A stretch of 64,000 nt of DNA from Octopus vulgaris. Its lineage: Eukaryota. The stretch lies in NCBI GenBank assembly GCA_951406725.2, contig OX597840.1:36332001-36396000 (forward strand). The letters are read 5' to 3'. Of the stretch, positions 49,597 to 63,676 are shown piece by piece. The notes beneath the pieces were generated by a model. It made no database searches and was not told where the DNA came from. It was given only the letters and a program-made list of their open reading frames with translations. The translations under genes and the position numbers were made by a program. Each line of letters starts with the position of its first letter. The stretch's first letter is position 1.

Positions 49597-52011
49597 GATT
49601 GATTGATTGATTGATTCTAGTTTCAGCTTATGAGCTGTGGCCATGCTGGGGCACCGCCATTTTTTGTTGCTACTTGGTTTCACTTCATGGAGGCTTTCTA
49701 GCAGCTGCTATTTGGTGCATGAGAGAGTTCGATGCAGCTGCCCTCATCTGCCCCTCCTGCCGTGAAGTTGGTTCATCTGGGACACCTGACAGGAAGAGAT
49801 CCAGCTTCATTTTAAAGACATCTGTATCCACCCCATGCAGGTCTCTCAGGTTCTTCGGGAGGATATTGAAGAGCTGTGGGCCTCGGAAGCCCAGGCTATC
49901 ACAGTATCTTGTCCTACATCTTGATGGCAGGTTTGGAGTCCTAGGCACCACGCAGTGGCGCCCAGTTCTGGCATTTGCGTAACTCTCGATGCCAAAGTTC
50001 AGGACACTTCCCTCCAGGATCTTCCAGATGTATATTATGGCATATCTTTCCCGCCTACGCTCCAGGGAATATAATTTTAATCTCTTGAGTCTTTCCCAGT
50101 AGCTTACATTCTGCATAGAGGCTATCTTCTTTGTGTAGCTTCGTTGGATCGCCTCAAGTTCTGTGATCAACTTGACACTGGATGGTGACCATAGCTGAGA
50201 GCAATAGTCAAAGTGGCTTAGGACAAGTGTCTTCCAGAGGACCATCATGGTTTCTTGTTCTCTTGTTCTAAAGGTTCTAAGAATCCATCCAGCCAGCCGT
50301 CTACATTTCATTGTCAGTTTAGCAACATGTACATGAAAGGTCGCGTCATCACTCATGTGAATACCCAGGTCACGCACTGATTGTGCCTCTGGGATTGCAA
50401 TCCCTCCGGGTCCAGTGTATTCATTGGGTATTGCATTCAGTTTTGCATGCTGATAGTATAAAGCTTGAAACTTTCCAGCATTGAACTGCATGCTATTCTT
50501 TTCAGCCCACTTGTATATTTCGTCCAGCTCACATTGCAGGTGTTTAGTGTCCTCAGGGTTCTGTATTGCCTGTGAGACTTTTGTATCATCTGCATAACTT
50601 GTGATCGTGGCTCTCTGCGTGGCTGAGGGCATGTCTGAGAGGGCCATTATGAACAGTAGTGGTCCCAGAACAGTGCCCTGCGGAACACCGCTCACTATTT
50701 GTGTGTTAATGGAGGTGGCCCCATTGGCTACTACCACCTGACTTCTATCCTTCAGAAAGTCATGAAGCCATTCTCCCAGTTTTCCAACTATGTTGAGATC
50801 ACGCAGTTTGTGACATATCATTCCATGATCGACTTTATCAAAGGCCTTTGCAAAGTCGAGATATATCACTTCCACATTTGAGTGGTTGAGCAGCCGTTTC
50901 AGCACCCAGTCATAGTGTTGTAGGAGCTGAGTTAAACAGCTTCTCCCTGGTCGGAAACCATGTTGGGTGTCGGGCAGCAAGTCATTCTCTTCAAGGAAGG
51001 TGATCAGCTTCCTTCTGACTATTCGTTCCATGACCTTGCTGATGTGTGAGGTCAGAGAGATAGGTCTATAGTTCTTGGCTTCCGCTCTGCTACCTCCTTT
51101 ATGAATGGGGCATATTTTACCTTCCTTCAGTTTTCCTGGAAGTTTGCCAGCTGCAAGGAAGCTCTGAAAGAGGAACTGCAGTGGTCTTGCTAGGACTCTC
51201 TTACATGCTTTTAGGAGGATTGCCGGGAATCCATCGGGGCCCGTAGCTGAGTCTGTTTTCATTTCATCTATAGCCTTCGTTACATCGTCTTCCTTTATAT
51301 CGATGTAATCTATCGTCGCCGCCTCTGATTTTATATCTGCAGTGGTAAAAAAGTCAGTTGGATTGGTGATTTGGAGATGCCCAAGGGGTGGAGTGAAAAC
51401 ACTCTTGAATTGCTCATTCAGTATTTCACTTACCCTCATTGGTTTTCCTGTAAGTGTGCCATCCTTTTCGAGGAGTGGCCCTATTCTACAGTGCACTGTA
51501 GCTGTTTCTTTGGCATACCTGTAGAAAGCTCTGGGGTTAGATTTTATGTTTTCTATAGCCCAGGCTTCTTTGTCTGCTCTTTCTTTTTCATGGGAGAGTT
51601 GCAGACATTTTTCGATTTCCAACAGTTTTATTTTTAGGCGGGACTTTTCACTGCTTTCAATCTGTTTGTTTAGGCGATTTGAAAATTTCGTACGCCGTCT
51701 CATTAAAATTTTCCTCTCTCTGGGGATTTTGTTCTTGTGTACAGTGGCCTTTCTCTCTGGGACACATTTGTAGCATATGGCTTGCATTACAGACATGAAT
51801 TGTTGAAGTTTCACGTCGATGTCTGGCGAGGAGAGACATTCAGGCCAGTTTTGTTTGAGGATCTCTTTCTCAATTTGTTTCCAGTTTGCCTTATGGTAGT
51901 TCAAGCTGGAAAGATTTTGAGGGTTTCTTGTAGGCTGCATGTCCGTGCTCTCTTTTGGCCCGTACATGGTCAGCTCTATCATGTTGTGATCCGAGAGTAG
52001 TGTCGGAGAGT
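49597..52011 (-). mobile_element. 5'-truncated CR1-group LINE (copy B) with an uninterrupted reverse-transcriptase ORF and (ATCA)n tail
   Basis: ORF 49685-~52010: SDH end of APE domain, [34 protein letters not shown]; 3' UTR and (TGAT)n on the plus strand at 49596-49616. Confidence 0.95.
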
Positions 52012-52013
52012 AG

Positions 52014-52698
<685 letters not shown>

Positions 52699-52700
<2 letters not shown>

Positions 52701-52838
52701 TAGTTTCAGCTCAGAGCTGCGGCCATGCTGATGCACCGCCGTTTTGTGCTACACTTTTATTACGAAGAACCTCGTCTAATATGTGGCACTTGGTGAAGAA
52801 TGGAGTTTGATACAGCTACTCTCATTTGCACCTCTTGC
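52699..52838 (-). mobile_element. 3'-end fragment of the same LINE family (copy C)
   Basis: CTAGTTTCAGCTCAGAGCTGCGGCCATGCTG matches the copy B terminus at 49617-49648. Confidence 0.75.
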
Positions 52839-54399
52839 AATTACATAATCACGTTTTAGTTCATATTTTAAATAATCTAATTAATCGGTATTAACGGAAA
52901 TTTAATTAGCATTTATAAAACGAGGCGTCCAATCTGTGATTTCATATCATACTGGAAATAACAGTCTCTTTCCATTAAATTTGCATCGTTTATCATAGAA
53001 AAGTGAAAGAAGCTTTAAGAACAAATACCAATCAACTGACATCTAATTTATGAGAAGAATCGTCTGGCAGGTGGTCTCAAGTTATGTTAGAAATAGCAGT
53101 CACGTGTTTTGAAGTTTTGTTGTGTTTCATATAAAAATGAATGACACTCAGGATGCTTTTAGCCCACGTGACAATGGACAAATACGGAAATTTATTAAGT
53201 CCAGTGAGACATGGAAAAGAGTTACCAGCTGGTCTGTGGATATTGTGCCAACAATAGGCAGCAATGAAAAGGTTCCTGGAAACTAAACAAGAACAATCTG
53301 CCATCCACTATTTTTCACTGTGATGGGCTGAAATCCGGATTCAAATTACTGTCCTTGAATGACCGAAGTTTATGCAACAAGATCGATACTTTTGACTCTT
53401 ACATCAAAAGTATCGATCCCGATTTTATTACATTCACAGAGACATCGACACACTAACCCCCCCCCTAAAAACTGTTTGACACGCCTCTGTCCTTTACACT
53501 GAAAATTCTAGTCTTTATTCTGTCGAATTATTTCAAACGAATACCTATGTCAGGGTCTTCATTGGGCGATGGGGTAAATGGTCATGAAATGAAAATATAA
53601 TGTACGACCCACGTATATACCAAAAGTGGATTGGCTTGAAGTTGAACAGGAATCTGAACATTCAGATAGACACCTGTAGGCACGGGCATGCGGGCATAAA
53701 TGTTTAAGCATACACATTTATTTCCAGTTTCCTTGACATATGCATTTTGGTTTTGCTTTTCTGAGCATGGAGCTGCCAGGGCAAAGGATTGTTTTAAAAG
53801 AATGAAATAAACGGAAAGGGGTGAATCTGGGAAAAGGAAGTGACCCACGGAACTGAGGACAGTTGAAAAAGGTGAACCTACAGGACAAGGGATTGGCTTT
53901 TTATGAATGAATTAACACCAGACATTACGCTACAAAACCTCAATTCATGCTTTTACATTATGTAAAACTAAAAAAAAAAAGAAGCCATTTCTATGATATA
54001 ATTGGCATCATTTTACGTCTATTTAGCGCCGAATCTCACATTTCTAAGAGAAACTTCAATACTTTGTTAGTGATGCTGGAGTTACTTCCCTTATCTCCGA
54101 AGGTGAAAGAATAAGAAAAGTTGCTTCCCTTGAACATCGAAGAAATTTTTCTGCTTCGTTACGGAAAAATAAATAATTAAATAAAATACTTTTTAAACGG
54201 AGAAAAAAAAAATTGCTGAAGACAGACACAAAAGAGAACGTGTCGTGAACAAGCGAAAGAAACATTTTTTCCAATTTATGAAGTAAACAAAAGTCTCTGA
54301 GAAAGAAATCTCGCCATCGATGATGGCGAACCACAAAGAAATGAATCCAATGTTGCCATCCTTGTTATCACTTTCCATTTAGGAGTGATTGTCAAGGCA

Positions 54400-55560
54400 G
54401 CATCCGTTGACACTTTTCTCACCAAGATATGCAATACAATAATATGCAGCATGATATGTTTACATTTGATAGAAGTTTGATGGGAATATTCCACCAGTAT
54501 TCATTGAGTGGATGTTTTTCCTAAGTTTATTTCGGGACAGTCTTTTTTGCGAATGGCATTGTAAATTGTTTTAGCGACAAGATCGTACCTCATAGGGAGG
54601 TAGTGCCGTGACGATATTTTAGGACAGTTGCCAATCACATGCGTGATGTCTTCCACAGAAACATGACATATTCTACACATGCGGTTGCACAGAGCGTCTC
54701 TGTCTCTCTTGTTTGCCAGGTACTTTGTGGCAATCTCATGTTCCTGGATTGCAAACGCATAACCTTCACAGTGTGAAGTGATGTAGTGTGACGAAGAGAG
54801 GCTGCGCTTCGTGTCAATTCTACTGTCTTCTTCAAGCTTCCGGACAACTTACCTATGCAAAATCCTTTTTTGTATGCTGAATGCTTTCCATCCAGATCTT
54901 CTCTGAGGTAAGAGAGCCCAGCTGTTTTGGAGCTGTATAGGAGATCATCAGGAAAAGAGTGCTTCTTGAGGAACACACTGCCAACTTGTACACTTTTCAG
55001 CACTGCATTTATATATTTATTTTTGCTGCTGTTGTTCAGCAGACGTTGCCTGAGTGATACCATGCGGCATTCGAAGGCCGTCTGCACTGATCTGAGGCCT
55101 CTATCACCTTTATTTATTCTTAGGTAGAGCTTGTCAACATCACTGTTTCTGAGGAAGTTCTCAGGATTTTGCGGGTTTTGATATCTATGGAGTGGATTTC
55201 CTCTACAGACCAATCAAGTCTACCAAATGTTGGGATCAGCACTGGTACTGCAAATACATTGTGGAATATTGTTTTGTTGTAAGAATAGAGTTCCAACTGC
55301 CATATTTTCCTAAGTCTGGTGTAATATTCTCGGGTCACTATCTTTATTCACAGTGCCTTCATATGATACATTTTCGTTTATGCCTAGGTTCTTGTAACAT
55401 TCTTTGCGTGGAATCGGGGAGATAGAGAGATCGTCGATGCACAGAATTTGGGTTTGGGGGACTGACTTTCCTCGTTCTATAACCAAATATGAACATTTTT
55501 TTTAGCCAAATTCCGTGTCTATATCAGCTGAAATTGTTATTAATTCCAGTTGTTTTTTGG
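54400..55560 (-). mobile_element. Decayed R4/Dong-like (restriction-like endonuclease) non-LTR retrotransposon
   Basis: YYTRLRKIWQLELYSYNK, DIKTRKIL, DVDKLYLRINKGDRGL, EGYAFAIQEHEIAT and CCHC remnant EDITHVIGNCPKI. Confidence 0.8.
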
Positions 55561-56416
55561 AATTGTTAACACTTTTAGCATAAATCTTAAGTTTGTCTAC
55601 AAAGAAATTATGAGTTACATTGATATTTCTATGTATGTATGTACGTACGTACATTTACCCCATTTTGGGGCGAAGAGACTTGGGGACGGGGGACGAATTA
55701 CGAACCAGAATGGGGCAATGCCGGCAGCTATACTTCGGCGGCTGGATGCGGGTTCTAGTTCCACGGAGAGGCTTCAATTTTTTTCTTCTTTTTTTAAAAA
55801 CTTAATATTTCTATGCTATTTTTATACTCTTTATTTAAGGCTGCAAGCTGGCACGCCGGACGGAATGCTTATCGGTATTTCGTCCGACTTGACGTTCTGA
55901 GTTCAAATTCCGCTTCGGGCGACCTCGGCGGAATTTGATCTCAGAACGTCGCTACGGGCGGCATACCACTAAGCATTTCGTTTGGCGCGCTAATGATTCT
56001 GCCAGCTCGCCGCCTTTTCAATCCTTTCAATTAACGGCACAAGGCCTGAAATTTTGGGGTAGGAAATTAGTCGATTGCATCGACCCCAGTGTTTGACTGG
56101 TACTTAGTTTATCGACCCCAAAAAAGCATGAAAGGAAAAGTGAACCATATATGCATGTATATATACATATTTACGTAGGTCTGTACATATATGAATGTAT
56201 TTATATTATATATGTGTAGTTTTTGGAAAGTCTGGATGCAACAGCATTCTGCTTTGAATACAAGTGAAAGCAAAACCGGGTTGAAGAAAAAAACCCATTT
56301 TGGCAGAAAAAGTTAAAGGATGTTGTGGGGATAATGGTAGAATATCTCTTATGTTTAATAGTACAGTTCGAGAGGGAATTCACACAAGAAATATATCAGC
56401 TCTTAGCAACAAGTTG

Positions 56417-56693
56417 ATTACTTCCGCCAAGGAAGGAAGTTATGTTTTCATTGGCGTTAGTCTGTCCGTCTGTGTGCAAAATAACTCAAAAAGTTGCGAA
56501 CAGTATTTGATAAAACTTGCAGGAAAAGTTGGTAATGACACAAGGAAAAAATGATGACATTTTGGTAGTGATCCGGGAACTTTCATGTATTCTTAAAGGA
56601 TTTTTCGTTTGTTATATTCACTTTACATGATGAAGTATTGTTACGTTTTTTGATTATCTCCCTTGGCGGAGCTCTTCGAGTGCTTTTCTGGTT
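56417..56693 (+). mobile_element. Non-autonomous Helentron/HINE-like element
   Basis: Subterminal inverted repeats TCCGCCAAGG / CCTTGGCGGA, (GTCT)-like 5' microsatellite, TT ends. Confidence 0.55.
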
Positions 56694-56899
56694 TTGACAT
56701 ATTTTGGCAAAACTCATTTCCGACTTGGTTTGTTTTCGGATAAAGGTAAGAACTTTTATCTTCTATAACTGGTAACGGGAGGGATTGTAAACATTATTAT
56801 GAATTTGTTGGGTTCAGCAGTTGTAACAAAAAAACTTTGTTGTTATAATTGCATACTGTAGGATGTGAAAGACGAACAATGCATAAAGTTTTAAGGAAA

Positions 56900-57670
56900 A
56901 TTTCCTCATATCTTGCTGAAATATCATCCAAATTTCTTTGAAATTTTGCTAAAATTTTGTTCACATCTCAATTCTTGTTTTAATCTTGCTGAAATCACAC
57001 TGAAAAAATCGCTCAGTTTTCTCTGAAATTTCACACCATACTTGCTGGAATCTCACTAAAATTTCGTTAAGATTTCTCTAAAATTTTGATTGAAAAATGC
57101 TAAACTCTATCTGAAATTTTCAAATTGATCTGAAATCTCGCTAACAACTCTATCATATTCAAATTTCGTTTTTGGATTTGGTTTGCAAGATTCTTTTTAT
57201 GAGTTCGAGTGTTGAAGCATATTCTGTTGTGTCTGGGGAGAATCATTTTCTTTCTGTGCCTTATAAAATTTCCACTTATTTCTTATTTTTATTTTCGTTG
57301 CAACCTTTTCAATAGTCTTGACTGAAATTTCGTCCAAATTTCTCTGAAATCTTGCTTAAATTTCTCTTACATATTGTTAATATTTCTTTAAAATCGTACT
57401 GAAATTTTGCTCGTATCTTACTTTAACCTAACTGAATTCCTTATTAAATTTCGAACTTCAACTTGTATCTTATTGAAATCTTGTTCATATTTCTATCAGA
57501 ACTGGCTGAATTCTCGTTTACATTTATCTTGGATTTGGAAAGAGTCTTACGAAAACTCATTTATATTTCTCTGAAATTTGCGTCATCTGTTGCTAAAATC
57601 TTATTGAAACCACGTTGAAGTTTTTCAGATTTTGCTGAAATTCTGGTAAATTTTCAGTGAAATCTCAGTC
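56900..57670. repeat. Degenerate short tandem repeat (CTGAAAT core) interrupted by a Penelope-like fragment at about 57165-57265
   Basis: Recurrent CTGAAAT(T/C)T motif at short irregular intervals. Confidence 0.6.
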
Positions 57671-57793
57671 AAATGAATAGATAAAAAGAGTAGGTAATGA
57701 AGGGGGATGTAATTACGAAGTGGGGAGGGGTAATACAATAGGATAGGGAATTAGTAAGGGTTGCAATAGGGGAGGTAACAAAATTGTGGAAAG

Positions 57794-59645
57794 CCCTGGT
57801 TCTATTTCACTTCTTTATTATTTACATTATTAAAATATTCTTCATTATTTTACTATCATGATCCCTTCCGAGTATATTCTATATTTTCCTTGATAGATCT
57901 AATTCTTTTTTTGTATCTGGTTTGCAAGGTTCTAGATGTAAACTTGTGTAGTGAAACAGATTATGTTGTATCTTGGGTGGGTCATTGTGCTAATACATGC
58001 CCTGGTTCTATTTCACTTCTTTATTATTTATATTATTAAAATATTCTTTATTATTTTACTATCATGATCCCTTCCGAGTATATTTTATATTTTCCTTGAT
58101 AGATCTAATTCTTTTTTTGTATCTGGTTTGCAAGATTCTAGATGTAAACTTGTGTAGTGAAACAGATTTTGTTGTATCTTGGGTGGGTCATTGTGCTAAT
58201 ACATGCCCTGGTTTTATTTCACTTCTTTATTATTTATATTATTAAAATATTCTTTATTATTTTACTATCAGGATCCCTTCCGAGTATATTCTACATTTTC
58301 CTTGATAGATCTAGATGTAAACTTGTGTAGTGAAACAGATTTTGTTGTATCTTGGGTGGGTCACTGTGCTAATACATGCCCTGGTTCTATTTCACTTTTT
58401 TATTATTTATATTATTAAAATATTCTTTATTATTTTACTATCAGGATCCATTCCGAGTATATTCTATATTTTCCTTGATAGATCTAATTCTTTTTTTGTA
58501 TCTGGTTTGCAAGAATCTAGATGTAAACTTGTGTAGTGAAACAGATTATGTTGTATCTTGGGTGGGTCATTGTGCTAATACATGCCCTGGTTCTATTTCA
58601 CTTCATTATTATTTATATTATTTAAATATTCTTTATTATTTTACTATCAGGATCCCTTGCGTGTATATTCTATATTTTCCTTGATAGATCTAATTCTTTT
58701 TTTGTGTCTGGTTTGCAAGATTGTAGATGTAAACTTGTGTAGTGAAACAGATTTTGTTTTATCCTGGGTGGGTCATTGTGCTAATACATGCCCTGGTTCT
58801 ATTTCACTTCTTTACTATTTATATTATTAAAATATTCTTTATTATTTTACTATCATGATCCCTTGCGAGTATATTCTATATTTTCCTTGATGGATCTAAT
58901 TCTTTTTTTTGTATCTGGTTTGCAAGATTTGAGATGTAAAGTTGTGTAGAAAAACAGATTATGTTGTATCTTGGGTGGGTCATTGTGCTAATACATGCCC
59001 TGGTTTTATTTCACTTCTCTATTATTTATATTATTAAAATATTCTTTATTATTTTACTATCGGGATCCCTTCCGAGTATATTCTATATTTTCCTTGATGG
59101 ATCTAATTCTTCCTTTGTATATGATTTGCAAGAATCTAGATGTAAACTTGTGTAGTGAAACAGATTATGTTGTATCTTGGGTGGGTCATTGTGCTAATAC
59201 ATGCCCTGGTTCTATTTCACTTCTTTATTATTTATATTATTAAAATATTCTTTATTATTTTACTATCATGTTCCCTTCCGAGTATATTCTATATTTTCCT
59301 TGATAGATCTAATTCTTTTTTTGTATCTGGTTTGCAAGATTCTAGATGTAAACTTGTGTAGTGAAACAGATTATGTTGTATTTTGGGTAGGTCATTGTGC
59401 TAATACATGCCCTGGTTCTATTTCACTTCTTTATTATTTATATTATTAAAATATTCTTTATTATTTTACTATCATGTTCCCTTCCGAGTATATTCTATAT
59501 TTTCCTTGATAGATCTAATTCTTTTTTTTGTATCTGGTTTGCAAGATTCTAGATGTAAACTTGTGTAGTGAAACAGATTTTGTTGTATTTTGGGTAGGTC
59601 ATTGTGCCAATACATGCCCTGGTTCTCTTTCACTTCTTTATTATT
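57794..59645. repeat. 206-bp tandem satellite, 9 units plus a partial tenth
   Basis: Unit starts at about 57794, 58000, 58206, 58379, 58585, 58791, 58998, 59204, 59410, 59617; third unit has a 33-bp deletion. Confidence 0.97.
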
Positions 59646-62600
59646 GCCAATTTTATCTTTTACTTGTTTCAACCATTAGACTGATGCTAGCTATTTAACC
59701 AATTAACTGATTGTTTGATTAATCATTTAGTTAATCAATCAGTCAGTTGTGTGAGCTTGCTGATTTGGAGTAGAAGTAATGTCATGGAAGAGGTCACAAA
59801 AAAATAATGAAAGTTATTAATCAAACAATTGATTCGTTAAACTGTTAACCAACTTCCAAATAATAAAGAAGTGTTTATTATTGGCATTATGAACCTCCCA
59901 ACATACAATATGGCTTGATTTTTGTTTTACAATAAAGGAAATACTGTATTTCTCAAACCACGAATAACACAATAATAGTTAGAGAGAAAAAGACAACACT
60001 AAAACACACGTCGTTATATATTTTAACAATTTTAATTATCAAAAACCTCACAAGGCACTTGGCAGGGTTTCTCATCAAATACCGTACACCTCAAGCGAAA
60101 AAAAAAAAATCAGAAAAAATAAAAAAATTATTTTTTGACTTGTGTATAAAATGACCTTCAGAAGAAGGAGGAGGAGAAGTAAGAGGATTATTAGGAGGGG
60201 GAGAAGAGGAGTTTGACCTTCACAAGTCCTATCACCAGTTTTAGCAGATACATCACCCAATGTTGTGTTTTCCCCATAATATTTACAGCAAGGCAACATC
60301 TTAAGACATTTTTGACTCTTTTAGATTTAAAAAAATTGATTTTCTTTTTAAAAAAAAATTTATTTTTGTTTCTTTTGTTTGTTTTTAGGGAACCAGCAGT
60401 GGAGTTGTTCATTTTAACAGTTGTTGAACTGGGCAGAGATAAGGTATGTTATACATACACATCTATAAATTTATACACACACATATATATATGATCATAT
60501 TTATGTACATGCATGTAATCTGCACACATAACACACATTCATGGAATATGTATGCAGATTTGATTATACATCATTTTTTATGTTTAATTTCTTTTGATGT
60601 AACATATATGCTGTATGTATGCTTAATTAGTATTGTTGTACGTTTGTGTACACACACACACACACACACACACACGCTAAGCCTGTTTCCAAACATTTGT
60701 ACATTTAAAGGCATATATACAAACATGCTTACATACTAAGTTATATATACACATATGTATATATACACTCACAAATGTATATACATGTCAGAGTAAGAGA
60801 ATGAGAGAGATCAAGATATTTGTGTGAGAAAGATGGATGCATGTGCAACCAAGAACTCAGTTTTTCTGTGATATCCTATGCACATACATATAAATCTATA
60901 TATATACTCACCTTTCATTATCACACTTCTATATACATATTTCCATGGAAGGGATGGATTTTTACTTTGTTGAACAATTGCTTGTTTTTGTTTAGCCCTA
61001 GGTCAGCACTGGTCAAGTACACCTATGACCAACTAGTGTTTTTTTAACTCTAGGACTACATTACCAAACATACATATTTAATAATAATATATAAAGAGAG
61101 TAGGGTGTGATTTGTGGGAAATTTAGATGCTATTTCTAGCAGGTCAAATAAACAAAGAAATTCATTTAGCTTGTGTCCTTCCAACTGTCATCAGCCAAAC
61201 TGAAGCAGGAGCGACTCCAATGACTGTGGCAAGACCAACAGCACTTTGCCATGTAGCATTTTATTTTCATGTTGTGTGCAGCTGTCATGGGTGCTTCTAC
61301 ATGGCTACTTGCAGTTCTAGAAATAAGTCAAAATCTCGTGAGGAAATTATTGTATATATATTTACTTTTATTACAGACGAATGATAGGCTTTGAACTCCA
61401 AACTTTTTATATACACATAATGAAATATGGTAAACATATTCAAAAACAAAACATATGAGTTAATGTATTCTCAGATATACGTAGGCTATTTCTATGATGG
61501 TACCTTCTATCATAGGTCTGCTTGATGAGCCAAAGCTAACAACGTTCTCATATGTTCATATAAAAATTTTATTTTTTTTATACCTAAACGACCTCTGATC
61601 CTTAACTGGGTTCTTTTGTTATAAATAACTTATTTTTGGTCCCCTGATATGTCCAGTGGAATATTTCTAAAACTTACTACCACCTTCCCCACCACATTAC
61701 TATCCCTAAAATCAGCAGTTTTCTTTTTTAACGACATTCACAGAATACAAAAAGCAACACTGGGAACTAGTATCACAGCATCTGAAGCTGAAAGCAAGTG
61801 AACCCTGTTTACGCACCCCAGGGGCTGGGGGTGGGGGTTAAAAACCAAACAACAGATGAAATCGTCTGCCCTGAACTAAGAACCACTCATTGGACAGGCT
61901 TCCTTACAGTTTCTGTCTGTATTATTTCACTCACAAGATATTTCGTAATTGATCCAAGTCTTAATGACTGGAAGTCATTATTATCACTAATTATCATTTA
62001 TGATAACAAATTGATCTTTACGAGAGCATGTAGTATAGCTGGGCCAATATATTGGGCAACCAATCAAGAAGGTTGAGTCTTGTTCACAACAGGTGGAGTT
62101 CTATGACATAGTGGATAGGAAACCAGGAGAAATAGCAATGATTGTTAATGGATGTATCCATGTGTAGTTAAATGACAGGATAGGTTGAACACAGACAGCA
62201 GTGATTGTTAATAGGTGCACCCCCAGATGTTGAGAAAACACCTAGAAAAATAGCAGAAATTGATAACAGATATTCTCTGGAGGTATGGGAATAACTACTA
62301 TTGAGAGAGACTAATAGAAAAATCAACAGATTTTTTTTTTCACACATACAGTATATACACACACATTTATAAGCATACATGCATGCATATATATACGCAC
62401 ACACACATACATACATGAAGCTAACCAGACAGCCTGTATGGATAAAAGTTGTATGTGGGAGTTATATACATAAAGAGATAATGGAATGTATATATTAACA
62501 GCAGTTGTGAAATGATTGTATATTCTTATTCCTTCTTTCTCTCAACACACATCCATATATTCATGCATATATTCATCCATATATTCACAGACAGACATGA

Positions 62601-63472
62601 AAAATACATACATATATATATATGCTCAAATTTTTGTACACATATATGCTTGTGTGTTTACGTGTGTGTGTATATATATATATCATACACACTGTCAAGG
62701 CATAAGGAGACACAAAGTTGAATGTTTAAGTTTACTTGGCAACTGTAAAGTCCCGTGGTTGATGCTGTGGCATGTCCTCTACCGTAGACTTAACAGTCCT
62801 TTTGAGTGTAGAAACTTATCTCATGGATTGTGCAAATATTTCAAAGGGTCACAGTTTCATTCTCATCTAGCCCGAAATCCTTATATACAGAACTTGCTTC
62901 CACCGTTTCCACCTACCATTGGTTGGCCTGGGGATTATAGTGGAAGACGACACTTGCTTGAGGTGGCTCATAGTAGGACTGAACCTGGAACCATGTGGTT
63001 GCAAAGTGGGCATTTTAATCACGCAGCCATTTCTGGACCTGTGTGGGGGATGCTGTTTTTTCTTTAAACATTTTATGAAAAAACTTTGTGCAAAAATTCT
63101 AAATCCGTTCACCTAATTTTTTTTATTTCTCCCCACCAATATTCTTCATCGTGATCTTCCATCAGAGACAAAACTAACAACCAACAAGTGTCTTTTTTTT
63201 TTCTTTTATAATTTTCTGCCTCCACTCAGCTTTTTGCTTCCTTTTTTTTAGGTTTGCTGATTTCAGAATATCACAGAAATTGTTATTTTGTGTTTTTTCT
63301 TCTTCTGCTGGTTCATAACCAGGAGCATTTGTGTATTTATATGTTTTGTTTTATTCTCTCTTTGCACTTTGTCACGTTTTACCTTCTGTCACACACAGAC
63401 ACACACACTCTTTCTACTTCATTATTTAAAAAAAAAAAAAATCAAAATTAGGAAAAAAAAAATGTTGATTTT

Positions 63473-63676
63473 CTAGCAACTATTAATGATAATTGATGAT
63501 ATGAAGAGCGAGATGTGATTGTCATTTTGGTTGAACGACATTCCGACAACTTGGCTGTCTTTGTCAAGTTCAAAACATTTCATTTTGAATTCAACAAAGA
63601 CAGGCAAACTGTTGAAATATCCAACCAATGAAGTGTCTATTGCAACTGCATCATGCTCTTCGTATTGTCTATTTAC
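63473..63676 (-). CDS. Probable terminal coding exon of an unidentified gene extending beyond the window
   Basis: tcttttaaag acceptor followed by 67 open codons VNRQYEEHDAVAIDTSLVGYFNSLPVFVEFKMKC...LFISSIIINSC*; protein-like composition; family not recognised. Confidence 0.5.
   Translation of the reverse strand, partial: VNRQYEEHDAVAIDTSLVGYFNSLPVFVEFKMKCFELDKDSQVVGMSFNQNDNHISLFISSIIINSC

Noticed and set aside
52990-53490. Possible hAT transposase remnant and a small hairpin at 53381-53418
   Set aside because: Similarity too weak to support by eye
57700-57775. G-run cluster as a G-quadruplex
   Set aside because: Long irregular loops and no functional context
57997-59672. Repeated 82-aa hydrophobic ORFs (MPWFYFTSLL...) and a CRISPR-like appearance
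   Set aside because: By-products of a 206-bp satellite; no unique spacers, no cas genes, eukaryotic context
60389-60443. Plus-strand 55-nt exon candidate (EPAVELFILTVVELGRDK) with good splice signals
   Set aside because: No partner exons or recognisable homology; T-rich context makes chance acceptors likely
61164-61317. Minus-strand Cys-rich open frame after a tttctag acceptor
   Set aside because: No motif or linkage support
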